NCBI GenBank assembly: GCA_977030845.1 | Contig: OZ365117.1 | Location: 3,100,001 to 3,164,000 of the forward strand | DNA: 64,000 nt | Direction of reading: 5' to 3' | DNA from: Fimbriosthenelais zetlandica | Lineage: Eukaryota | Shown here: positions 36,201-48,200 of the stretch, piece by piece | How positions within the stretch are numbered: position 1 is the first letter of the stretch | How the letters are laid out: each line of letters starts with the position of its first letter | Translations under genes and position numbers: made by a program | The notes under the pieces: model-generated | The model's input: only the letters and a program-made list of their open reading frames with translations | Told to the model about the DNA's origin: nothing | Database searches by the model: none

Positions 36201-39200
36201 GGCCTCAGGAGAAACCTCATCAGACACCTCATACACTTGGCTTATTTCTTGCTCAGAAGTGAAAGATTTTATTTCTTTTATGACTTCAGTGGACTGCGCT
36301 AACTGTTCTGCGGTAGCAATTTCAAAAGAGACAGGTTCAAAACCGCGTCTCTCAGCAGTTTCTAACACGATTTGTTCAGATACATATTCAGTCTCTGGTT
36401 GTCTTTCTTCTAACTGCAAAGTTGTAGTTGATAGCTGTACTTCAGAACGCTGCAAGGCTATAAGAACAGGAAAAAACTCAACCACCACCCATACTATGTA
36501 ATACAAAAAACACCTACCACCTATAAAAGATACTAATTTGCTGGTAGATAGAAATCATATGCAGTATTATCATAAAGGCTATGAAGCATTTCTACTTTAG
36601 GTTTATATGACAAGATATTATCAGACAAATCACAGTATTGAGACATTATAGAAAAGACCTGAAACAAGAGGGCATGGATTTAAACTGACATGATACATAA
36701 TAACCTGGTAACTTTTACATGATAGAAAACAATGACATAATAACCTGGTAACTTTTACATGATAGAAAACAATGACATAATAACCTGGTAACTTTTACAT
36801 GATTGAAAACAATGAGACAGTATTGGTTAAAAAGAATCACAAGACACTACAGTAAATCATGACAGACAAATAAATGGAGGAAAATAAGACATAATGCAAA
36901 CAATGATACATGACAATACGACTTGCAGTGAGAACATAAGAGTCTACAGTATAACAATCTCATCTAGAAATGCTCGCTTGCATTTTGAAGGTTACCATAC
37001 ATAGTACGTCCACATTCAAAGCAATAACGAATCACCTGAACATTTTCTTGGAAACTAAAATAAAGATTCAGACATCAGGCATAATTTATATTCCTAGAAA
37101 CAGAAAGAAACTATGTTCATGAGTAAATAAAAGGACAATAAAAGGACAATACCGGGATTATAGACAGAAATAAAAGAGAAGGGGTATAATGATGATTAGA
37201 GGTCATTCGGGGCCGGTGTTAAGTTTTGTGAGGCACAGAGTATCTGACAACAGCTGTCTCAGATACTGGTCATGTGACGTATAATAAGAAGCTAACAGTG
37301 CTGTTTACTATTCTAAATCACTATTGTATCTATAGTACACTGAGGTACAAAACCAATAAGGCCATATTGCGGCCCCTATATGGCACAGCTCCTTGGTTCT
37401 GTAAATTTGTTTCTATCAGCAACATATATATCAAAAAGTCAAGGACCATTGATGACAATGGTAGTGACTGACAGCTGGTGAGCGTCTGTGTGTCACTTTA
37501 TGGGCTAAACTACACACAAAATAATGAAGACTCAGCCACTAGTGTCTAGTAGGCCATGCATCTCACTGTCTTCTCAATTAACATGGCAACATCCAAAAAT
37601 CAAGTCTGGCATTCAGTTGAGCAGTAAGATCCATCTTGAAGGTTTTCAGGCAACATGCTATCACTTGAGTGTTATATCACGTTCATATGTCATGTTACAT
37701 AATCCATCTATGCTGTAACGTAAACGTATCCCACTATTGAACAGTAGGCTAAACTACCACAATATGTATATTGCGATATGCATATATAAGTACCTTCATC
37801 TTCAGTTGTCGTTGATGCATGTTGGGGTGATGTTTCTTTTAGAACTGTTTCTGGTTCTGTTTCAGTTCTTTCTGGAGATTCTGGTGTTTCTGGAGACATC
37901 TCAGCCACAAACTTAGTATCAACAGTCACCTCTACCAAACCCTGACTTACTTCAGTCACCAGTGGTGAATCTCTAGGTACACTTTCTACTGACTTTTCAA
38001 CCATAGTCTGCTCTATTTCTTTCATAGCTTCCTGAACTATTTCTTGTGCCAAAACCTGAGCAATTTTCTCCTCGCCAGTTCCTTGGGGACTGATTTCAGT
38101 TTCTTGAATGGTGTCTTCAAGATTTAAAAGAGTCGTCTCTTTTTCCGTTGATTCTATGAGGGCCAAACTGTACAAGTCTGTCTCCTTTGTTTTTTCTGCA
38201 TCAATAAATATAATCATTTCCTGAGATTCCTTGACTGGTTCCTGCACCCAGAGCTCATCCCTGTAGACAACATCCGAGATTTCTATCGATGTACTCTCGA
38301 TAATTTCAGTTGTATCATCAGATACTGATTCTGAAGTTACAATATCCTGAAGCTCACTCACTTCAGTGTCTGCAGCGACTGATTCAGTGAAAGTATCAAC
38401 TATTTCCTGTGTTGATTCCATGGTGATTGTTTCTTCCATTTCAGTTACTTGCAGTTTTTCCACTTCAGGCTGAGTGACCTCGATGGCCTTGGTATCTCTT
38501 TGTAAAGGCATGAACTCTAAAGACTCATCAGGGGACTCTAACGTGAGTGTGAATTCACCAGGGGTACTCTCCAGACTGTGGAGACTCTCCATTGATGGCA
38601 GTTTCTGTTCAAGCTGTTTTTCCTCGACTTTGGTAGATGTCTCAGATGTCTCGGTTGTTTCAAATGTAACAGTTTTTTCCTCTATTTCAGTCACTTCTTC
38701 CGTGGGTAATGTTTGAGTTGTTGGACTCTCTCCAGAGACAGGGAAGTGTGTCTCTGTTACCGACTCAGGTTCTTTAACTGGAACCTGAGAGACAGCAGCA
38801 GAATCCAACTCAGGCTGACTTTCTTCAGCCTTGGTCGTTGATATAGTCTGAACCTCCTGTGTAGCCTCGACTTCAACAGTCTGGACAACTTCCAACATTT
38901 GCAGCGCTTCCACCTCTGTTTGTGAAACTTCAACTTGACTATCCAAGGGCAGTACTGACTCCTCAGCCAACACGAAGACCTCTGGTTTACCTTCAAGTGA
39001 ATGAATGCTCTCCATAGATGACAGCTGAGCCTCAAGAGGGATCAGTGCATCTGATGTTTCGGTTGGTTGACCAGTGGATCTAGCAGGGATGTCCATTGTC
39101 ACTGTCTCTGGTGAGGGAGAGTGATGTTTTGCTGGTTCGTCTTCATCAGGTAATACTTCAGTAGGTTCTTCAACCTCATCCCCTTCAAGAATAGTGACTT

Positions 39201-42200
39201 CCTCCAGTGGAGTTATGTCCTCCACACTTTCTGTTAATTCCATAGTTTCTTCAGGCATTAAGGGTACTTCAGTAGGAGCCATTGTATCTGTAGTTGGGGT
39301 GTCCTGAGTCTGGTCAGCAACAATGGTTGTCTCCTCTAATTGTTCAGTCTCATGTACTTCCTCTGTTGTTGTTATTTCTCCAGTGGGCATCTTGACATCG
39401 AATGTCAAGGTTGTTTCTTGGGGCTTTGGATTGAGTTTTCGATCAAGTGTAGTGACATGTCTTTCCTTTGGTTGTTCAGAATCATCTGGCTGATCAGATT
39501 CAGTGACAATTGTCTGCACTGTGGTCTTCATGAGTGTGATATGCTCTTCAGTCAAGTGAGGTCCTAGGTCTACTGTTGTTTCCAGAGGCTCCTGTCTCAT
39601 AGGTGTCAACTCTGAAGGTTCGTCTGGGTGTAATACTTCTTCAACGGGAGCTTCTAAATCCTTAGTTTCAGGCTCCTGTGTCAGAATACTGACTGTTTCT
39701 GTTGTTTGTCGAACATCATGAACTTCCTCTGTTTTGGTTATTTCCCCAGTAGGGATTTTAACTCCAAAGGTTATGGTCCTTTCTGTGGTTTTAGGAGTGA
39801 TTTCTTGATCAAGTGTAGTGACATGTCTCTCTTCTGGTTGTTCTGAATCTGGCTGTTCAGTAGTGAGAGTTGTCTCTATTGTTGTTTTTGTCACTGTAAC
39901 ATGTTCTTCAGTTACATGTGGTCCAAGGTCCAGAGTTATTTCCTGAGGCTCCTGTTCAACAATTGTAGATTCTGAAGGCTCTTTTGGCTTTGTTGGCTCT
40001 TCATCAGGAACTTTCAGATCTTTAGTTTCAGGCTCCTGAGGAGTCTCATGGGGAACAAATATTGTTTCTATTGTTTGTTCCATCGCTTGTACTTCCTCTG
40101 TTTTTGTTATTTCTCCAGTAGGCATTTTGACATCGAAGGTCAAGGTCTGTTCTTGGGGCTTTGGATTGAGTTTTCGATCAAGTGTAGTGACATGTCTTTC
40201 CTTTGGTTGTTCAGAATCATCTGGCTGATCAGATTCAGTGACAATTGTCTGCACTGAGGTCTTCATGAGAGTGATATGCTCCTCAGTCAAGTGAGGTCCT
40301 AGGTCTACTGTTGTTTCCTGAGGCTCCTCTTTCATAGGTGTCAACTCTGAAGGTTCTTCTGGGTGTAATAGTTCTTCAACAGGAGCTTCTAAATCCTTAG
40401 GTTCAGGCCCAGGTGTCAGAACACTGACTGTTTCTGTTGTTTGTTGAACTTCATGAACTTCCTCTGTTTTTGTTATTTCCCCAGTAGGGATTTTAACTCC
40501 AAACGTTATGGTCCTTTCTGTGGTTTTAGGAGTGATTTCTTGATCAAGGGTTGTGATATGTCTCTCTTCAGGTTGTTTTGAGTCTGGCTGTTCAGTAGTG
40601 AGAGTTGTCTCTATTGTTGTTTTTGTCACTGTAACATGTTCTTCAGTTACATTGGGCCCAAGGTCCAGAGTTCTTTCCAATGGCCCTTGTTCAATGGTAT
40701 ACTCACTTGTCATGGTTTCAGGTTCTTGCCTTGTGGTAACTGTTTTCGTTAATGTTACCTCCTTCTGTGTGGTTTCTGGTCTTCCAACATCAAATGTGTA
40801 TTCAACTTCCTTTGGAAACCCTTGAACAATATGTTCAATAGATGAAATGCAATGTTCAGGAGTTTCTTGGAGCCGTTCAACCATTTCATTGACTTGCACG
40901 GTTTGTACAACATATCTCCTAGTCTTTTCAGCTTTTTCCACAGCATATTTTGTAATGTCAATGACAAAGACAATTTCCTGTGGATGTCCCCTGAGTGGAA
41001 GTTCCAATATGGTCACTTCATTTGGCTTCTTCAGTTCAAGATCAATTTGTGATGTGTATTTTTTCTTTACTTCTTCAGTGGGGAAAGGCACGTCCATGAC
41101 AAAGGTGACTGGTGATTGGGGTTTACCAGGCATCTCTATATACTCTGTCTGCATGGGCTCCATGAATGGTTCTTCAGTCAAGTGATGGTGCCTTGTGGTG
41201 ACATATTCTTGTACTTGTTTTGTGATAACTGTTGTCGTGTCCTCATCTTTTTTGGCCACATCAACAATTAGAGTAACCTCACGGGGAACACTGACTCTAG
41301 GTTGTATTTCTAAAGTAACAGATTCCCGTCTTTCAGGCTTCATTTGTGTCGTTTTGATCCCTGTAGTTGTGATATACCTTTGCTCTGTGATCTCATAATC
41401 ATCTCTAGTAGTTTCTGTTTCTGGTTGTAGTTCAACCTCCAAGCTCACGGTGTCTAAAGTCCTCCTCCGCTGCTTGATTTCCATTCCCGTGACGAAGCGT
41501 TCATCAATGTCCTGTGTATCAATACTTACCTCTTCCCTTTGTACTTCATCCCGTTGTTGCTGCATATGTTGATATTGGCTAACATCAAAACTGAGGGTCA
41601 TTTCAGGACCTGACAGGGGTATGTCCATTGTACTGGTCTCTCTCTGTCTATCACGAGGTCCTGAGAGAATCTCCATCGCAGTAACAAAATGTGTGTCTTC
41701 CTGGGTTTCATCAACAGTTTCACGTTGGTATGTTTCCTCTGTTGATTGATCAATATCCATCGTTGTAACCTGTTGTTGTTCAGAAACATCAAAGTCATAT
41801 GAGCTGACCATCTTTGTGTCCTCATCTTTGAGGATCCTTCTACGAGTAGTTCTCTCCTCAACATCCATCTGTGAATGATCTCTCATTTCTAGTTCAAACT
41901 GTTCATCATAAGGCACTAATGTCAGTATCCGCTCTTCCTCAATCTCCTGTTCAGCCATCCAGACATCCTCCTTGCTAACATCAGCTTCAGCAAAACTCTC
42001 AACAGTTTCTGAGTAAGCTATACCTTCATCTGGCTCACTGACATCTGAAGTGTCCTCAAGAGATATATGCTCCTCATGGATGGGTATGTCTTCTGAAATG
42101 TCTTCAATCACCATCGTGTCCTTCTTGTCATCAGTGTCCTCTTTTCTATGGGAAATTTCCTTCTCTGTAATAACAGTTTGGGGTTTCACGTCAAGTTGTA

Positions 42201-45200
42201 CCTCTGATGTTTCACTGGGTATTTTTCGTCTGACAGTTGTAGTCTCTTCTACATCAATGGAACATTGATCACGCATATCCAGATCAATCTGTGTGTCATG
42301 AGGGACAAGTTTCAGGATTCTAGTTTCTTCTATTTCCTGTTCAGCCATCCAGATGTCTGCTTCACTGACACCTGCCTCTGATAATTCAACATCAGGCTGA
42401 ACGTCCATTTTTTGGGCACTTGTTCCTTCCATGCCAATAATTTCTTCTGAAATATCAGCATCAAGATTGATTTGCTGTAAGTTTGTCTTTGAAACTGGTG
42501 CATCGACTGCCATTGCAGCTTCTTGTGGAGCCTGGATGGTTTCTGGCATTACTTGCTCATCATCCTGCTTTACCAAGTCAGCAGAGCTGTCATACTCTAG
42601 GACGACATGCTCAACATTGGTCTGACTAGGAACTGGGGAAGAAGCTGCAGCTGATTCCAATACAGGAACGGTGTCAGGGTGTGTGGTCGATTCAGATTCA
42701 CTCTCAATACTTTCAAACACCACCTCAGTCTTGTCCTCTATTTTCTGAGGCCTTGTTAATGATTCAGTTGGCTTGCCTTTGACAGCTGTTTCTGTTACAA
42801 AAGGCACCTGTTCTTCAGGAGCTGTTTCTTCCACAAGTGGAGCAGTCTCTGATGATAAGTCAAGTTGTACTGTCAGTGACTGTTCATCAGTCTGTGTTTG
42901 AATGGGAGATTCTGGTTTAACTTGGGATAATTCCAATTCGATTTCGTCCATAGGAGCAATCTCATCACTGACATGAGGCAGATCTGAAGGCTCCTCAACA
43001 TCAATATTACAGATCTGTGTATCAGCCTGCTGTTTGTCAGGGAGACCAAGGGCTGCTGTGTGAAGGTCGTACTGGACTTCTTCACCAGGAGCACTCTCAG
43101 GTGCTTCATCAGGAATATCTAAATGATCCTCAACATCCAGATTAAACTGTTGTTGATCTGTAGTCGAGGCCACTGGGGATTTCCTTTGTGCTTGTTCTAG
43201 AAGAACAGACACCTCCTCAGCTGGAGCTTCCTCCTGTGTCAGCTCAGGAACCTCAGTAGATATATCTAAATCAAGGACACATACTTGTTGTTGTGTTAGT
43301 GCCCCACTGGGTAGGTCTACTTGAGCTGTTTCAAAAGCATCAGATATTTCATGGGAAGGAGCCTCTTGCTCCACTGTTTCAGGGACATCCTCTGAGATAT
43401 CAACTTGTAATGTGAAAGCTTGTTGTTCAGTAAAGACACTACATGGCATGTCTTTCTGTGCTTCTATGAAGCTGTCTGGTATCTCAGTCACTGGTGCCTC
43501 AGCGTGAACTGTCTCAGGGACGCTCTCAGAGCTCATCAGTTCAAGAACAATGTGTTGTTGATCAGCCTGTGAACCAGATGGCATCTGGATGTCTACCTTT
43601 TGGAGACTGTCAGGTATTTCTTCAACTGGGGCTTCTTCATCCATTGTAACAGGCACCTCCCCAGGAACGTCAATCTCAAGTGTGAATGTCTGTTGCTCAG
43701 TCAAAGCTTCTGCTGGAATATCTTTGACAGCTTTCTCGAATTGATAAGGAATTTCAGACGCAGGTACCTCTGATTGACTTACTTCCGGTACAGGTTCTTC
43801 TGTGTCAATAACAAGGTTGTATTCTTGTTGTTCAATCTGTGTGCCAGTTGCCATTTCCTTCTCGGCTTTTACAAAAGTACTTGGTATTTCTTCAGCAGGT
43901 ACCAATGTATCTTCTGTCTCTGGGACTTGTTCTTCTGCGTCAAGCTGGAGCGAAAATTCTTGTTGTTCTGTAAGTACAACGGTTGGCAATTCCTTTTCAC
44001 TTGTCAAGAATGTATCCGGGATTTCTTGAACAGGAGCTTCCTCATCCTGAGTGTCTGAGATATTACCAGGCGATTCTAGATCGAGGGTGAACTCTTGTTG
44101 TCCAGTGAGGGCTTCAGAGGGTAGTTCTTTCGCAGCTGTCTTAAAACTATCAGGAATTTCAGTGGCTGGAACCTCTGCATCATCAGTTTGATGTATTGAA
44201 CTTTCACTGTCAAGTTCTAAAACAAATTCCTGTTGTTCTGTCAGTGCACCAGAAGGCATTTCTTGCTCAGCCTTCTCAAAAGTGTCAGGGATTTCTTCTG
44301 ATGGAACTGTCTCATCTAGGGTGTCTGGCACAGTGCCAGGTGAGTCAAGTTCAAGCACAAATTCTTGTTGTTCAGTCACAGCCCCTGAAGGGAAATCCAC
44401 TTGTGCTGTTTTGCAAGTGTTGGGTATTTCCTCAACAGGGGCGGTCAACTCTTCAGTGCTCGATAACTCTTCAGAAGTTTTCAGTTCTAGAATAAACTCT
44501 TGTTGTTCTGTCAATGCTTCTGAAGGCATTTCTGTTTCGGCTGTAATAAATGTGTCAGGGATATCTTCCTCAGGAACCTGTTCATCCACAGTTTCTGGCA
44601 CTACCCCTTCAGCATCAAGTTCAAGTACAAACATTTGCTGTTCAGTTTGAGCTGTTGATGGCAACTCTTTCTCAGCTTTAATGAAAGTATCAGGAATTTC
44701 CTCAGCTGGTACTTCCTCATCTTGAGTATCAGAGAGATTCCCAGGTGATTCAAGATCAAGAGTGAACTGTTGTTGGCCTGTTAGAGCACCTACAGCCAAC
44801 TCTTTCTCAGCCTTTTCAAACTTATCAGGTATTTCATCACCTGGTACTTCAGCATCAACTGTCTCAGGCACAGAACCTTCCAGATCCAATTCCAGAGTAA
44901 ATTCTTGTTGTTCAGTCAAGGCTCCAGATGGCATGTCTTTCTGGGCCTTTTCAAAAGGGTCGGGTACTTCCGCCACTGGTGCTTCTTCGTCAGTAGTTTC
45001 AGGAACAGTCTCTTCTACATCCAGCTCTAGAGTAAATTCCTGTTGTAGTGTGAAGGCCCCAGAAGGCAGATCCTTCTCAGCTTTTTCAAAAGTGTCTGGA
45101 ATTTCAGTGGCTGGGGCTTCAGCATCAATGGTGTCTGGTACCACATCCTCCACATCCAATGCAAGAACAAATTCTTGTTGCTCGGTCAATGCCTCTGAAG

Positions 45201-48200
45201 GCATTTCTGTTTCTGCGAATTCAAATATATCAAAAATGTCTTCCTCGGGGACCTGTTCATCAATGGTTTCAGGGATGAGACCTTCAGCATCCAGCTCAAG
45301 TACAGCCATTTGCTGTTCAGTCTGAGCTGGGGAAGGCATGTCTTTCTCAGCCTTAGTAAATGTATTTGGGATTTCGTCAGCAGGTACCTCCTCATCTTGG
45401 GTATCAGAGATATTACCAGGTGATTCAAGATCAAGATTGAATTCTTGTTGTTCTGTATATGCCCCAGAAGGCAGTTCTTTTCCCGCCTTTTTAAACGTAT
45501 CAGGGATTTCAGTATCAGGTGCTTCTGCATCCACAACATCTGGGACAGGTTCTTCAGCATCTAGTTGCAGAACAAATTCCTGTTGTTCTGTCAATGCCCC
45601 AGCTGGCATTTCTTTCTCGGCTTTCTCGAATGTGTCTGGGATTTCTTCAGAAGGTGCGTTCTCATCGATGGTCTCAGGAACAGTGCCAGGTGTATCAAGA
45701 TCAAGGGTGAACTCTTGTTGCTCTGTTACAGTACCTGGAGCAAAATCCACCTGAGCTGTTTCCAGCGTGTCAGGTATCTCTTCCACAGGTGCAGTGAGCT
45801 CAAGTTGACTTGGCAACTCTTCAGAGGATTTCAGCTCAAGAATGAATTCTTGTTGTTCTGTCTTTGCCTCTGACGGCATTTCTTTTGCTGCTTTCTCAAA
45901 GCTATCAGGGATATCCTCGCCAGGCACAGCCTCATCCACCAGTTCAGGGACAGCACCTTCAGCGTCTAATTCAAGCAGGAACACTTGTTGTTCCGTCTGT
46001 GCTGCTGAGGGCATTTCTTTTTCCGCCTTAAGGAAGGTATTAGGGATTTCCTCAGCTGGAATCTCTTCATCAGCAGTGTCAGATATGTTACCTGGTGACT
46101 GGAGATCAAGTACAAACTCTTGTTGCTTTGTGAATGCACCTGAAGGCATCTCTTTTTCAGCCTGTGAGAATGTATCCGGTATTTCAGATTCGGGAGCTTC
46201 AGCATCCTCAGTATCAGGGACAGTTTGTTCAATGTCCAAATCAAGGACAAATTCTTGTTGTTCAGTCAAGGCGCCTGATGGCATTTCTTTCTGAGCTTCT
46301 TCAAAACTATCAGGTACTTCTGAAGGAGCGACTTCCTCATCAATTGTTTCTGGGACATTACCTTCCATGTCTAATTCAAGAACAAACTGTTGTTGTTCTG
46401 TCATTGCCTCTGATGGGATCAGTTTCTCTGCTGTTTGTAAAGTATCAGGGATTTCCTCAGCAGGTACTTCCTCATCTTGAGTGTCTGAGAGATTACCTGG
46501 TGATTCTAGATCAAGATTGAACTCCTGTTGCAATGTGAATGTGCCAGATGGTAGTTCCTTCTCTGCTTTTTCAAAAGTATCAGGAATTTCCTCAGCTGGT
46601 ACTTCTGCATCATCTGGTTGAGGAATGAAACTTTCACTGTCAAGTTCCAGAACAAATTCTTGTTGTTCTGTCAATGCACCAGAAGGCATTTCTTGCTCAG
46701 CCTTCTCAAAAGTGTCAGGGATTTCTTCTGATGGAACTGTCTCATCTAGGGTGTCTGGCACAGTGCCAGGTGAGTCAAGTTCAAGCACAAATTCTTGTTG
46801 TTCAGTCACAGCCCCTGAAGGGAAATCCACTTGTGCTGTTTTGCAAGTGTTTGGTATTTCCTCAACAGGGGCAGTCAACTCTTCAGTGCTTGACAACTCT
46901 TCAGAAGTTTTCAGTTCTAGAATAAACTCTTGTTGTTCTGTCAATGCTTCGGAAGGCATTTCTGTTTCAGCTGTAATAAATGTGTCAGGGATATCTTCCT
47001 CAGGAACCTGTTCATCCACAGTTTCTGGCACTACCCCTTCAGCATCAAGTTCAAGTACAAACATTTGCTGTTCAGTTTGAGCTGCTGATGGCAACTCTTT
47101 CTCAGCTTTAATGAAAGTATCAGGAATTTCCTCAGCTGGTACTTCCTCATCTTGAGTATCAGAGAGATTCCCAGGTGATTCAAGATCAAGAGTGAACTGT
47201 TGCTGTCCTGTTAGAGCACCTACAGCCATCTCTTTCTCAGCCTTTTCAAACTTATCAGGTATTTCATCACCTGGTACTTCTGCATCAACTGTCTCAGGCA
47301 CAGAGCCTTCCAGATCCAATTCCAGAGTAAATTCTTGTTGTTCAGTCAAGGCTCCAGATGGCATGTCTTTCTGGGCCTTTTCAAAAGTGTCGGGTACTTC
47401 CGCCACAGGTGCTTCTTCGTCATTAGTTTCAGGAACATTCTCTTCTACATCCAGCTCTAGGGTAAATTCTTGTTGTTGTGTGAAGGCCCCAGAAGGCAGA
47501 TCCTTCTCAGCTTTTTCAAACGTGTCTGGAATTTCAGTGGCTGGAGCTTCAGCATCAATGGTGTCTGGTACAACATCCTCCACATCCAATGACAGAACAA
47601 ATTCTTGTTGCTCGGTCAATGCCTCTGATGGCATGTCTGTTTCTGCCATTTCAAATACATCAGGGATATCTTCCTCAGGAACCTGTTCATCTATAGTTTC
47701 AGGTACAACTTCTTCACTGTCCAATTCAAGAACATAAATCTGTTGTTCTATCTGAGCAGTAGAAGGCATATCTTTTTGGGCTTTTATGAAAGAATCCGGA
47801 ATTTCTTCTGCAGGAGCTTCCTCATCCAGAGTGTCTGAAATATTTCCAGAAGATTCCAGACTGAGAGTTAATTCTTGTGGCTCAGTATAAGCACCAGTGG
47901 GCTGCTCTTTCTCCACTGTTTTAAATGTGTCACTAATTTCTTCAGAAGGAGCCACAGCATCATCTACCTGGGGAATTGAACTCTCAGTATCCAGTGCCAG
48001 GACAAACTCCTGTTCCTCAATCATTGCCCCAGATGGGGTTTCCTTCTCAGCCTTTTTGAAAGTGTCTGGAATCTCTTCAGCTGGGATATCTGTATCATCA
48101 GTTTGGGGAATTGAGCCTTCAACATCCAATTCCAGGACAAATTCCTGTTGTTCTGTCAATGCTCCAGATGCAACTACTTTCTCAGCTTTCAAGAAAGTTT

